Part shown: piece by piece, positions 45,662-55,409 of the stretch
Numbering within the stretch: position 1 is the stretch's first letter
How the letters are laid out: every line of letters starts with the position of its first letter
DNA from: an uncultured Mageeibacillus sp.
Lineage (GTDB): Bacteria > Bacillota > Clostridia > Saccharofermentanales > DTU023
NCBI GenBank assembly: GCA_964553675.1
Contig: CAZKLG010000001.1
Location: forward strand, 3,590 to 67,589
Direction: 5' to 3'
DNA length: 64,000 bases
Translations under genes and position numbers: made by a program
The notes under the pieces: generated by a model
What the model saw: only the letters and a program-made list of their open reading frames with translations
Told to the model about the DNA's origin: nothing
Database searches by the model: none

Positions 45662-47311
45662 ATGATTCACCGCGTAGAGATTGACAATTTCGCGCTGGTG
45701 GAACATGCCGACCTGGACCTGGGTCCGGGCTTGACGGTTCTGTCCGGGGAGACAGGTGCCGGCAAATCGATCTTGATCGATGCGCTGGACTTTGCCTCCG
45801 GAAGCCGCAGCGACCGGACCATGCTGAGGACCGGCAGCCAGGAGGCCACCGTCTCCATCCTGATCCAAGATCCCAGCCAAGGGGATACCCGGGAATTGCT
45901 GGTGTCCAGGACCCTCAAGGAGGGCGGCCGCAGCTATGCCAAGCTCAATGGCCAGCTGGTCACTGCCAGCGACCTGCGCCAGCGCATGGAGCCACTCCTT
46001 GCCATCCACAGTCAAAATGACCAACAGACCATCTTCCGTGAATCGGTTCACCGGCAGCTCCTGGACGCCTATGGGGGCCTATCGGTCAAAGAGGCCCTGG
46101 ATGATTGGTATGAGGCAAGGGCCGGCATGGAGGCCCTTGACAGGCGTTTGGGCCAACTTTTCCTGGACCCGGAGACCCGGGCCAGGCGCCGTGACATCCT
46201 GGCCTTTCAAAGCGGTGAGATCGAAGATGCCGACCCCCAGCCGGGGGAGGATGAGGATCTCTTGAAAAAAATCAAGACGCTGACGGCTGTCAGGGAGATC
46301 TCCCTTCATCTCAACCAGGCCTGGGAAGCCCTGGCCGGGGGTGAAGACGCCTCGGCCAGCGACAGCCTGGGCAGGGCCCTGGTCGAATTGTCGGCTGCCA
46401 GCCGCTACAGCAGCCGGGTCCAGGAGCTGGAAGAAAGGGCTGACAGTCTTCGCAGCCAATTGCAGGATCTGACCTATGATCTTTCAAGGGTAGCCCAGAG
46501 GCTGGATGACAGGCCCCAGGAGTTGGAAGAAGCCAATCTCAGGCTCCAGCGCCTGGGTCGCTTGCAGGAAAAATACGGATCCAGCCTGGAGGAGGTCATC
46601 CGCTATGGTGAAAAGGCCCGAGCTGAGCTGGAACGCCTGGATGAGACCGAAGAAGAGTTGGCCCGGCTGACCCGGGAAAAAGAAGCCCTCTTGGGTCAAC
46701 TCCAGGACCTGGCCCAGCTACTCAGGAAGGGGCGTCAGCAGGCAGCCCTTGACCTGGAGCTGGCCATCAACCAGGAACTGGCTGACCTGGACATGAAAGA
46801 TGCCGCCTTCAAGGTGGAGATTGAAGACAGGCCCCTTGGCCAGGACCTCCTGCCCCAGGACCCCCAGGCCATCCGTTTCATGATTGCCCCCAATCCCGGT
46901 GAGCCCTCCATGCCCTTGATCTCCATTATTTCCGGGGGTGAAGCCTCCCGGGTCCTCTTGGCCATCAAGACCGTCCTGGCCGGTTTGGACCAGGTATCCA
47001 CCATTATTTTTGATGAGATCGACACGGGGATAAGTGGGCAGACTACCAGCCGGATTGCTGACAAGCTGAAGGCCATCGCCCGCCATGCCCAGGTCATCTG
47101 TGTCACCCATAATGCCCAGATCGCGGCAGCCGCAGACTGCCAGCTCCTGATCGGCAAAAGTGTTGATCAGGGGCGGACCCGGACCTCCGTCCAGCGGATC
47201 CAGGGGGAGGCCCGGGTGTCCGAAATTGCCAGGCTTCTATCGGGCAGGCCGGATGATGAAAAATCAAGATTATTGGCCCGGGATTTGTTAAGGTTGGGTC
47301 AAGAGAGATAA
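45662..47311 (+). CDS. recN: DNA repair protein RecN
   Basis: FALVEHADLDLGPGLTVLSGETGAGKSILIDAL (Walker A), coiled-coil middle, SGGEASRVLLAIK (signature) and IFDEIDTGISG (Walker B). Confidence 0.93.
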   Translation: MIHRVEIDNFALVEHADLDLGPGLTVLSGETGAGKSILIDALDFASGSRSDRTMLRTGSQEATVSILIQDPSQGDTRELLVSRTLKEGGRSYAKLNGQLVTASDLRQRMEPLLAIHSQNDQQTIFRESVHRQLLDAYGGLSVKEALDDWYEARAGMEALDRRLGQLFLDPETRARRRDILAFQSGEIEDADPQPGEDEDLLKKIKTLTAVREISLHLNQAWEALAGGEDASASDSLGRALVELSAASRYSSRVQELEERADSLRSQLQDLTYDLSRVAQRLDDRPQELEEANLRLQRLGRLQEKYGSSLEEVIRYGEKARAELERLDETEEELARLTREKEALLGQLQDLAQLLRKGRQQAALDLELAINQELADLDMKDAAFKVEIEDRPLGQDLLPQDPQAIRFMIAPNPGEPSMPLISIISGGEASRVLLAIKTVLAGLDQVSTIIFDEIDTGISGQTTSRIADKLKAIARHAQVICVTHNAQIAAAADCQLLIGKSVDQGRTRTSVQRIQGEARVSEIARLLSGRPDDEKSRLLARDLLRLGQER

Positions 47312-47341
47312 AAGGAGAGAGGGCTGTGAGGCCCTCCAGTT

Positions 47342-48880
47342 ATGCCGATGAAGAAGGAAAAGAAGAAACTGTCCCTGACTGGCAGTGAGCTCAGGCCGGA
47401 AGATGTCCGGGAGGTGGCCTCCGGCAGGCAGGCTGTGACCATCAGTCCCCAGGCCCTGGCCGCCATGGAAGCTTCCCATCAGTTGGTGGTTTCCATCCTG
47501 AGGTCAGGCATACCCACCTATGGCATATCGACCGGTTTTGGCGATTTGAGCCGCCTGACCATTTCAGAGGATATGAATGCCCAATTACAGCTCAACCTGA
47601 TCCGCAGTCATGCCTCGGGTGTGGGGCCAGCCTTTTCCCCTGAAGTAGTCAGGGCCATCATGCTCTTGCGCCTGAATGCCCTCTGTGTCGGCTATTCGGG
47701 CATCAATCCGCAAGTAGCCCTGCTTCTGGCCGATCTGATCAATCATGACATCATCCCCCATATCCCCCAGCAGGGTTCACTGGGTGCCTCCGGCGACCTG
47801 GCCAATCTGGCCCATATGTCCCTGGTTCTGGTCGGGGAAGGGGAAGCCCTGATCGATGGGGAATGGCTGGAGGGAGGTCAGGCTCTGGCCCGCCGTGGCC
47901 TGTCACCTGTCAGCCTGGCGGGTAAGGATGGCCTGGCCCTGATCAACGGCACCTCGGTCATGCTGGGCCTGGGTGTCCTGGGTCTGCTTGAAGCCGAACT
48001 TTGCTTGCATGCGGCCAATATGGCGGCTGCCCTGACTTTTGAAGCCCTGAGGGGCTTTCGTGCCGCCTATGACCCGGCTGTCCACCGCTTGCGCCGGCAG
48101 GAGGGCCAAATCCAGGTAGCTGCCTTGCTTCGGGAAGCCCTGGAAGGATCAGAGTGGGCTGACAGCCGCCAGGAAGATGTCCAGGATGCCTATACCCTCC
48201 GCTGCGTCCCCCAGGTCCATGGGGCCAGTATGGATGCCCTGGCCTATGTCAGACAGATCATCAGCCGGGAAATCAATGCGGTGACCGATAACCCCCTGGT
48301 CTTTGCTGACCGGGGCCAGGTCATTTCCGGGGGCAATTTTCATGGCCAGCCCCTGGCCTTGGCCCTGGATTTTCTGGCTATCGCTGTGGCGGAATTGGCC
48401 AATATCAGCGAGAGGCGGACAGAGCGGATGGTCAATCCCCAGCTCTCAAACGGGCTACCTGCCTTCCTTTGTCAAAATGGCGGGGTCCAGTCCGGTTTCA
48501 TGATCCCCCAGTATGTGGCAGCCTCCCTGGTGTCAGAGAACAAGGTCCTGGCCCACCCTGCCAGTGTGGATTCCATCCCCTCCTCGGCCAACAAGGAAGA
48601 CCATGTCAGCATGGGCGCCTTTGCCGCCCGTAAGGCCCGGGATGTGGTCGCCAATACAGAGCGGGTCATCGCCATCGAATTGCTATGCGCCGCCCAGGCC
48701 CTGGACCTGCAGGAAAGAAGGCAATTGGGCAGGGGAACAAGCAGGGTCTATTCATTGATACGCCGCCATGTCCCCCCCATGACGGAAGACCGGCCGCCCT
48801 CCAAGGATATTGAAGTGATTGCCGGCCTGATCCGGTCGGGGGCCATCATGGCATGCAAGGACCAGGCAGGCGTGCTATAG
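47342..48880 (+). CDS. hutH: Histidine ammonia-lyase
   Basis: GSLGASGDLANLAHMS (the MIO-forming Ala-Ser-Gly), YGISTGFGDL and QEDHVSMG. Confidence 0.93.
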   Translation: MPMKKEKKKLSLTGSELRPEDVREVASGRQAVTISPQALAAMEASHQLVVSILRSGIPTYGISTGFGDLSRLTISEDMNAQLQLNLIRSHASGVGPAFSPEVVRAIMLLRLNALCVGYSGINPQVALLLADLINHDIIPHIPQQGSLGASGDLANLAHMSLVLVGEGEALIDGEWLEGGQALARRGLSPVSLAGKDGLALINGTSVMLGLGVLGLLEAELCLHAANMAAALTFEALRGFRAAYDPAVHRLRRQEGQIQVAALLREALEGSEWADSRQEDVQDAYTLRCVPQVHGASMDALAYVRQIISREINAVTDNPLVFADRGQVISGGNFHGQPLALALDFLAIAVAELANISERRTERMVNPQLSNGLPAFLCQNGGVQSGFMIPQYVAASLVSENKVLAHPASVDSIPSSANKEDHVSMGAFAARKARDVVANTERVIAIELLCAAQALDLQERRQLGRGTSRVYSLIRRHVPPMTEDRPPSKDIEVIAGLIRSGAIMACKDQAGVL

Positions 48881-48910
48881 TGTCATCAAAATACGCAGGA
48901 GGACAAGTCT

Positions 48911-49549
48911 ATGGAATATAAACACCTGAAAATCACGGAATATCTGGATAAGGCGGCTTCGGCCAGTGCCACCCCCGGCGGGGGCTCGGTCTCGGCCCTG
49001 ATCGCAGCCCTGGGAGCTTCCCTGGGCCAGATGGTCTACTATCTGACTGAAAATAAAAAATCCTATCAAGCCAATGATGAAGCGGTTAAAGAGGCTGTCC
49101 ACGCAGACTGGCAGGCCATCGCCAGACTCCAGGAGGAGTTTACCGGCCTGATCGACCGCGACATCCTGGCTTTTAATGAATATATGAAGGCCCTGGGTCT
49201 TCCCAGGGAGACTGACGCGGATAAGGCTGCCAGAAAAGAAGCCCTGGCCCAAGCCTCCATCCTGGCCATGGAAGTCCCCCTTGAAACGGCCGGCAAGGCC
49301 CTGGAACTTCTAAGGCACCTGGTATCCATCGGCCGCTATGGACATACCAACTGCATCTCGGATGCCGGTGTGGCTGCCCTGTCTGCCAATGCGGCCCTCC
49401 AGGGTTCTGTCATGAATGTCCGCATCAACCTGACTGGTATTGAAGATGAGGCTATCCGGGAAGAGGCGGAAGCAAAAACATCAGCTTATCTGGAAGAAGC
49501 AGAGACCCTGACCCAGGCCATCGTCAAGGGCGTTTACGACCGTATTTAG
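48911..49549 (+). CDS. Cyclodeaminase/cyclohydrolase-family protein (FTCD C-terminal-like)
   Basis: YLDKAASASATPGGGSVSALIAALGASLGQMV is the typical N-terminus of formiminotetrahydrofolate cyclodeaminase-like proteins. Confidence 0.78.
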   Translation: MEYKHLKITEYLDKAASASATPGGGSVSALIAALGASLGQMVYYLTENKKSYQANDEAVKEAVHADWQAIARLQEEFTGLIDRDILAFNEYMKALGLPRETDADKAARKEALAQASILAMEVPLETAGKALELLRHLVSIGRYGHTNCISDAGVAALSANAALQGSVMNVRINLTGIEDEAIREEAEAKTSAYLEEAETLTQAIVKGVYDRI

Positions 49550-49587
49550 GCCCCGGCCAGGGATCCATCCAAGCCTTTATGCAAACT

Positions 49588-49621
49588 GCCGGGTGACCTT
49601 CATGGCCGCCCGGTATTTTTA
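49588..49621 (+). terminator. Probable terminator after the hutH-cyclodeaminase pair
   Basis: CCGGGTGACC-ttcat-GGCCGCCCGG imperfect stem, followed by TATTTTTA. Confidence 0.5.
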
Positions 49622-49653
49622 TGCCTTTTTGAGCGTCATTGCTTATCTTTTTA

Positions 49654-49682
49654 TTGACAATCAGGCCCCTGGCACATAAACT
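49654..49682 (+). promoter_or_regulatory. Sigma-A-type promoter upstream of rny
   Basis: TTGACA, 17 nt spacer, TAAACT. A leader of about 90 nt containing a CCGGAC-tt-GTCCGG hairpin follows. Confidence 0.5.
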
Positions 49683-49775
49683 GTTGATTAGAATAAACGA
49701 TCGGGCCGGACTTTGTCCGGTTCGTTCATTGATCATCATCGTGATTTAATCGTTTCGAAACTTGATAATTGAATA

Positions 49776-51353
49776 TTGGAGGTGATTACCATCGAATGGT
49801 TATATGTGGTTGTCGGTTTACTTGCAGGCGCCGTCTCCGCTTGGGCGTTGACAGCGCTTTTCTTTCATAAAGGCTACAGCAAGAAGAGCCGTGAACTGCT
49901 TGAAACAAAGCAGAAGACTGATGAAGAGGCCCTTGCCATCGTCGGCGAGGCCATCAAGAAGGGCGAAGACAGGAAAAGGGAGATCCTCCTGGCCGTTAAG
50001 GAAGAAGTCCACAAAGCCAAGTTGGAACTTGAACGGGATGTACGCGAACGTCGGCATGAGCTGAACCGCGAACGCCAAAGGATTGATCAAAAGGAAACTG
50101 TCCTGGACCGGAGGGCTCAGAGCCTGGAGGACCGGGAAGAGGAATCCAAGGACCGCGAAAGAATCCTGCTTGAAAAAGAAGACAATCTCCAGGTCATCGA
50201 GGCTCAAAAAAGGCTTGAGCTGGAGCGGGTGGCAGGCATGTCCGTTCAGGATGCCAGATCCATCGTTCTGGAAACAGCCGAGAATGAGTACCGTTATGAC
50301 CTGTCAGTCCTCTATAAGCGAATGGAGGACGAAGCCAAGGCATCTGCCTCGGCCAAGGCCCGTGAAATCGTTGTCTCTACCATCCAGCGTTATGCCAGTG
50401 ATTATGTCTCTGAAGCGACCGTATCGGTTGTCGCTTTACCCAACGAGGAAATGAAGGGCCGGATCATCGGCCGTGAAGGCCGGAATATCCGGACCATTGA
50501 ACAGTTGACCGGTGTAGACCTGATCATTGACGACACGCCCGAAGCCGTTATCCTGTCCAGTTTTGACCCCATCCGGCGCGAGATCGCCCGGATCAGTATA
50601 GAAAAACTGGTCCAGGATGGCCGTATCCATCCGACGCGGATTGAGGAAATGGTCAACAAGGCCAGCCGTGAGGTGGAGGAATCCATGCGAGAAGCCGGAG
50701 AACAGGTTGTCTTTGACACCAATGTGGCCGGTCTTCCCCAGGAGATTGTCCACATGCTGGGACGCTTGAAGTACAGGACCAGCTATGGACAGAATGTTCT
50801 CCAGCACGCCGTGGAGGTCTGTCGCATCGCCGGCATGCTGGCAGCGGAATTGGATCTTGATGTCAATGCCGCCAAAAAGGCAGGGCTCCTGCACGATTTG
50901 GGCAAGGCGGTTGACTTCGAGATGGATGGTTCACATGTCCAGCTGGGTGCAGAGATCGCCCGGCGCTACAAACTTGATCCGATTACAATCAACAGCATTG
51001 AATCCCATCATGGTGACGTGGAGCCGGAGACTCCCATTGCCAGCCTGGTCTCAGCAGCTGATGCCATTTCAGCCGCCAGACCCGGGGCCAGACGTGAGAA
51101 CATTGAGACCTACATCAAGCGCATTGAAAAGCTGGAAGAGATTGCACAATCGATTCCCGGCGTCGAGAAGTCCTATGCCGTACAAGCGGGCAGGGAAATC
51201 CGGGTCATCGTCGAACCGGATGCCGTATCGGACGAAGAGATGCCCCTCCTGGTACATGAGATCTGCAAGAAGATCGAGGAAGAGTTGAATTTTCCTGGTC
51301 AGATCAAGGTCAACATGATCCGGGAAAGCCGCTACAGCGATTTTGCCAAGTAG
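49776..51353 (+). CDS. rny: Ribonuclease Y
   Basis: N-terminal TM helix, charged coiled coil, KH domain (MKGRIIGREGRNIRTIEQLTGVDLIIDD) and HD domain (HAVEVCRIAGMLA...GLLHDLGKA). The exact start is uncertain: TTG 49776 lies inside the GGAGGTG Shine-Dalgarno region. Confidence 0.92.
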   Translation: MEVITIEWLYVVVGLLAGAVSAWALTALFFHKGYSKKSRELLETKQKTDEEALAIVGEAIKKGEDRKREILLAVKEEVHKAKLELERDVRERRHELNRERQRIDQKETVLDRRAQSLEDREEESKDRERILLEKEDNLQVIEAQKRLELERVAGMSVQDARSIVLETAENEYRYDLSVLYKRMEDEAKASASAKAREIVVSTIQRYASDYVSEATVSVVALPNEEMKGRIIGREGRNIRTIEQLTGVDLIIDDTPEAVILSSFDPIRREIARISIEKLVQDGRIHPTRIEEMVNKASREVEESMREAGEQVVFDTNVAGLPQEIVHMLGRLKYRTSYGQNVLQHAVEVCRIAGMLAAELDLDVNAAKKAGLLHDLGKAVDFEMDGSHVQLGAEIARRYKLDPITINSIESHHGDVEPETPIASLVSAADAISAARPGARRENIETYIKRIEKLEEIAQSIPGVEKSYAVQAGREIRVIVEPDAVSDEEMPLLVHEICKKIEEELNFPGQIKVNMIRESRYSDFAK

Positions 51354-51373
51354 CATCTGTCCTGAAAATCAAA

Positions 51374-51435
51374 AAGCAACGGGCTGTCCGCCCCCCGGAA
51401 GACGGGGCCAGGCGGGCGGTCCGTTTCGCTTTTTC
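51374..51435 (+). terminator. Probable terminator after rny
   Basis: A long imperfect GC-rich hairpin (AAAAAGCAACGGGCTGTCCGCC...GGCGGGCGGTCCGTTTCGC) followed by TTTTT. Confidence 0.5.
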
Positions 51436-51527
51436 CAGCATGGAAATCGGGCCTTTGTGGTAATCTTGATAGGGTCTTTCGGCTCCTTATGGGCTGGGAA
51501 ATCAAGCAGCGAAGAGAGAAGATAATC

Positions 51528-53246
51528 ATGAAAAAACTTTTGGCAACAACGCTTGCCGTCATCATCATCTTGCTGCCGCTGGGATGCGGGGGAGGGGAGA
51601 GTGGTCAGGAAGAACTGCCGACTGCAGCCCCTGAGCAGTCGCTTTTGCCCACCCTGCCTCCACCCGCTGTCCAAAAGCCGGGGGATAGCCTGAGGGTGGC
51701 CGGCCGTCAGGAGCGGGATCTCAACCCCCTTTACCCCAAGCACTATGCCAGCCAGTCCCTGATGAAGCTGGTCTATCAACCCCTCTATGAAGTCAGTCTT
51801 GACGGCAGGCTCCAGCCTGTCCTGGCCCGGGACCACCGCTGGTCGGCTGATGGCTTGACCCTGACGGTCAATCTGGCAAAAGACCGCCGTTTTCATGACG
51901 GTAAAGCCCTCCAGGCCGCGGACGTCGTCGCCTCCTTCAGGACCTATCTGTCGGTCCAGCTGCCAGCCGGCCCCCTGCCCCAGGAAGACCCCGATGACCT
52001 TCCGGATGACCTGATTTTGGAAGAGGTGGAAAGGGAGGATCTTTACGGGAAAGGGCCTCTCTTTCAGCCCCTGGAATTTTCGCTTATGAACCTGGACCGG
52101 CTGGCCGCCCTGGAGAACATTGCAGACATGGAAGCCCTGTCGGAAGAGATCCTGACCATCAAGCTCTTTTCGCCCGATCCGCTTTTTCCCCGGCATTTAA
52201 CCTTTCCTGTCCTTCCCCAGGCCCATGCCCGGGAAAGGAGCATGAACCCGGCGCCGGGAACCGGTCCCTGGATATTGACCAGGGATGGTGAGGCCACTTT
52301 CAGCCTCATGGCCCAGGATGGCAATCAGCAAGTGAAGCGGATCCAGGTGACGGCCTTCAGTCGGATCCAGGATGCGGTGGCAGCCTTTGAAGCCGGGGAC
52401 ATCGACCTTCTTCTTATGGATTCGTCGGAGACAGCCCTTTATGCTGACCGTTCCAGGATCAGGAAACAGCGGCTGGAAGACGGCGGCTTCATTTCCCTCT
52501 ATTTTGCAGGCCGGGGGGAAAATGCCCTGGCCATGCGGGATGCCCTCCTTTATGTCTTTCAAAATGATCCGGCTTTCGATTTGATCGGAGCCCCTCTGGC
52601 CGGGGCCTCCTATCCGATTTTGTCAGGGGATTTTCGCCTCAGGGAAGGCCGGTTGCCTCTTTATCTGGCGCCTGCTCCCGACCAGGGCAGTCTCAAGCAA
52701 AATGACTTGGACCAGGACGACAGTGGCAGGCCACAGGATTCCGTCTATTTACCCTTCAGGCTCCTGGTACCGGAAGATTTTCTGCCTGCCCGCCTGGTTG
52801 ACCGGATTGGCAGTGCCCTCTTGCAGCTTGGCAGACAATTGACCATCATCCGGGCATCCGCCGACAATTGGCAGGCTGCCTTGAATTCAGGCCAATATGA
52901 TGCGGTCCTTTTAGTGGAGGCCCCCCATGGTTTTCCTGACCCGGCAGATTATCTGGATGGCCTGGCCCGGGCAGGGCTGCTGGATTGGTCCCAGCTGCTT
53001 GACCCGGCTGACCGGGTCTTCCTCCTTGACGCCCGCCAGGCCATGCTAGGACAGGGACCAGGCCAGGGAGGGGCTATAGAAGGCTATCCTGATTATCTTT
53101 TAAGGGTTTTTGGCCAATTACCGGTCCTGGGTCTGGCTGTTTCCGGGACCATGGTCTGGTACAGTAATCATGTTGAAGGCAGCCTGATAGGGACCTGGTA
53201 TTCACCCTATCTGGGAGTGGAGGACTTGTTGGTATGGGGACCATGA
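51528..53246 (+). CDS. Family-5 (peptide/nickel type) ABC substrate-binding lipoprotein, orphan
   Basis: Signal plus lipobox (AVIIILLPLGC). The SBP_bac_5-type N-terminal pattern is present (LNPLYPKHYASQSLMKLVYQPLYEVSLDGRLQPVLARDHRWSADGLTLTVNLAKDRRFHDGKALQAADVVASF). Start moved to ATG 51528. Confidence 0.68.
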   Translation: MKKLLATTLAVIIILLPLGCGGGESGQEELPTAAPEQSLLPTLPPPAVQKPGDSLRVAGRQERDLNPLYPKHYASQSLMKLVYQPLYEVSLDGRLQPVLARDHRWSADGLTLTVNLAKDRRFHDGKALQAADVVASFRTYLSVQLPAGPLPQEDPDDLPDDLILEEVEREDLYGKGPLFQPLEFSLMNLDRLAALENIADMEALSEEILTIKLFSPDPLFPRHLTFPVLPQAHARERSMNPAPGTGPWILTRDGEATFSLMAQDGNQQVKRIQVTAFSRIQDAVAAFEAGDIDLLLMDSSETALYADRSRIRKQRLEDGGFISLYFAGRGENALAMRDALLYVFQNDPAFDLIGAPLAGASYPILSGDFRLREGRLPLYLAPAPDQGSLKQNDLDQDDSGRPQDSVYLPFRLLVPEDFLPARLVDRIGSALLQLGRQLTIIRASADNWQAALNSGQYDAVLLVEAPHGFPDPADYLDGLARAGLLDWSQLLDPADRVFLLDARQAMLGQGPGQGGAIEGYPDYLLRVFGQLPVLGLAVSGTMVWYSNHVEGSLIGTWYSPYLGVEDLLVWGP

Positions 53247-53743
53247 TTATCATTCTTTTAATTCTTTTGGATCAGTGGTCCAAGGGTCTGGCCGAGCGCC
53301 TGATCGGTCTGGGCGGCGTTTTCACGGTCATCCCCGGCTTTTTTGAGCTGACCTGCATCCACAACAAGGGGGCAGCCTGGAGCCTCTTTTCCAGCCAGGC
53401 CTGGGGCTTGGTTTTTCTGATTGTATTGTCCTCCATAGTACTTTTTGCCCTCCTTTGGATTATGAGAAAGGCAGAGGACCCCAGGGCCAGGGCTGTCCTC
53501 ATCCTCCTTATTGCAGGCAGTGCCGGTAATCTGATCGACCGCTTGCGTATGGGAGCAGTGACCGATTTTCTCTCCTTCATCTTCGGCTCCTATGTTTTTC
53601 CTACCTTCAATCTGGCTGATTCTTTGATTACCATCGGCGCTATTCTTTTGATATTCTTTTCCATCAAGGATCGTGAATTTCTCAATGTCCCCTTCGGCCT
53701 TGCCAAAGAAGAGGGGGACCGGGACAAGGTGGAGGAAAAGTGA
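53234..53743 (+). CDS. lspA: Lipoprotein signal peptidase II
   Basis: DQWSK, NKGAAWS, GNLIDR and FPTFNLADS motifs, with four TM helices. Confidence 0.9.
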   Translation: MGTMIIILLILLDQWSKGLAERLIGLGGVFTVIPGFFELTCIHNKGAAWSLFSSQAWGLVFLIVLSSIVLFALLWIMRKAEDPRARAVLILLIAGSAGNLIDRLRMGAVTDFLSFIFGSYVFPTFNLADSLITIGAILLIFFSIKDREFLNVPFGLAKEEGDRDKVEEK

Positions 53744-54657
53744 GGCCTGAACTTCTTATCATCCAGGAAAATGAAGCCGGGGAAAGACTGGACAAGTGGT
53801 TGGCCAGGCGCTTCCCGGACTTTTCCCGACAGGCCTGGAAAAACCGGGTCGTCGAGGGTGAGATCACCCTGAACGGACAAGCTGTCTCCGCATCCAAGAC
53901 TTTGGCAGCGGGGGACCAGGTCCTGATTCCTGCCTGGGAGGAAGAAGAAGCCAGGGCGCCCGTCATGGAGAGCCTGCCCCTGACCGTCCTTTATGAAGAT
54001 GAATGGTTGGTCATCCTGGACAAGGCCGCCGGTCTTGTCGTCCATCCGGCGCCCGGTCATGCCTCGGGAACCCTGGTCAATGCCATCCTGGCCCGCTATC
54101 CGGGCTTGTCGGACCTGGCAGGCCGGGACCGGCCCGGTATCGTCCACCGTCTGGACAAGGACACCTCAGGACTGATCTTGATTGCCCGGGACAATGAGAT
54201 TCACCGAAAATTGGCCGAGCTCTTTCGAAAATCGGAGATCGAGCGGGTTTATGAGGCGGTCGTTCATGGCAGGCCCCAGGTGGACCGGGGCTTGATTGAC
54301 CTGCCCATTGCCCGGGACCATGTCAACCGGAAAAAGATGATGGTAAGGGAGGACGGCAAGGCCTCCAGGACAAGCTTTGAGGTCATATCCTCCAAGGGCG
54401 ACCATTCCCATCTCCGTTGCCGCTTGTTGACAGGCCGGACCCACCAGATCAGGGTTCATCTGGCCTATATCGGCCACCCCGTCCTGGGTGATTCCCTCTA
54501 CGGAGGAAGAAAGAAAGCCCAGGATCCTCCCTATCAGCTCCTCCACGCCAGACGCCTGTCCTTCATCCATCCCATGACGGGCCAGCCGGTGGATTGTCAA
54601 AGTCCTCTTCCTGAACGCTTTTGTCCCTATCTAGAGGAGGAGGGCTGCCAGCCATGA
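53740..54657 (+). CDS. rluD: RluA-family 23S rRNA pseudouridine synthase (RluD-like)
   Basis: S4-like N-terminus (RLDKWLARRF) and catalytic GIVHRLDKDTSGLILIA and GRTHQIRVHLAYIGHPVLGDSLYG. GTG start overlapping the lspA stop. Confidence 0.88.
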   Translation: MRPELLIIQENEAGERLDKWLARRFPDFSRQAWKNRVVEGEITLNGQAVSASKTLAAGDQVLIPAWEEEEARAPVMESLPLTVLYEDEWLVILDKAAGLVVHPAPGHASGTLVNAILARYPGLSDLAGRDRPGIVHRLDKDTSGLILIARDNEIHRKLAELFRKSEIERVYEAVVHGRPQVDRGLIDLPIARDHVNRKKMMVREDGKASRTSFEVISSKGDHSHLRCRLLTGRTHQIRVHLAYIGHPVLGDSLYGGRKKAQDPPYQLLHARRLSFIHPMTGQPVDCQSPLPERFCPYLEEEGCQP

Positions 54658-55382
54658 AGGGGGGCCTTTGGAAGAAGTCCCTGACCGTGCTTCTGGCCCT
54701 GACAGCCGGCTTGTCCCTGGGCTTTTTGGCCAGGCAGATGCAAATGGTGGGCAAGGGGGAAGATTTTGACCTGGCGGCCATCCGCCAGGCCAATGAAGAT
54801 CTTTTGGAAGAAGAAGCCCGCCATCTCATGCTCCAGACTCAAAACGACGACCTGGAGGAGCGGAAAAAGACTCTTTTACGCCGTTATGAGGATTTCGAGG
54901 AGGTGGGGGATATCCTGACCGAGCTGCGTGGCAATCAGGTCCTGGCCGGCATGACGGACGTGACCGGCCCCGGCCTGCACCTGGTCCTGGATGACAAACT
55001 CAACTATGATCCTTTGACGGATCCCATTGAGGGCATTATCCATGACAGTACCATCAACTATGTGGTCAATCTCCTCTGGTCGGGCGGGGCCAGGGCCATC
55101 TCCTTCAATGGAATCCGTCTGACGGCCCTGTCAGAGATCTCCTGCGTGGGACCCACCATCCTCTGCTATGGGGTCAGGTTGATGCCGCCCTATGTCCTGG
55201 AAGCCATAGGACCGGCCGATATCATGCGTCAACGTCTGGAATCGGATTCCTATCTGGCCCACCTGACTCAAAGTAAGATCGGGGTCCGCTTGAGCATGAC
55301 AGAAGAAGCCAGGCTCCTCCTGCCCTCTTTTTCCAGGACCCATGACTACAGTGCCTATATCAATCTGCTTCGTGAGCCCTAG
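54654..55382 (+). CDS. DUF881-family membrane-anchored protein (paralog 1)
   Basis: N-terminal TM, coiled coil, then VTGPGLHLVLDD and IRLTALSEISCVGPTI, typical of DUF881. ATGA overlap with rluD. Confidence 0.7.
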   Translation: MKGGLWKKSLTVLLALTAGLSLGFLARQMQMVGKGEDFDLAAIRQANEDLLEEEARHLMLQTQNDDLEERKKTLLRRYEDFEEVGDILTELRGNQVLAGMTDVTGPGLHLVLDDKLNYDPLTDPIEGIIHDSTINYVVNLLWSGGARAISFNGIRLTALSEISCVGPTILCYGVRLMPPYVLEAIGPADIMRQRLESDSYLAHLTQSKIGVRLSMTEEARLLLPSFSRTHDYSAYINLLREP

Positions 55383-55409
55383 GGCTTGACTGGATAGAGA
55401 GGTAATTTT

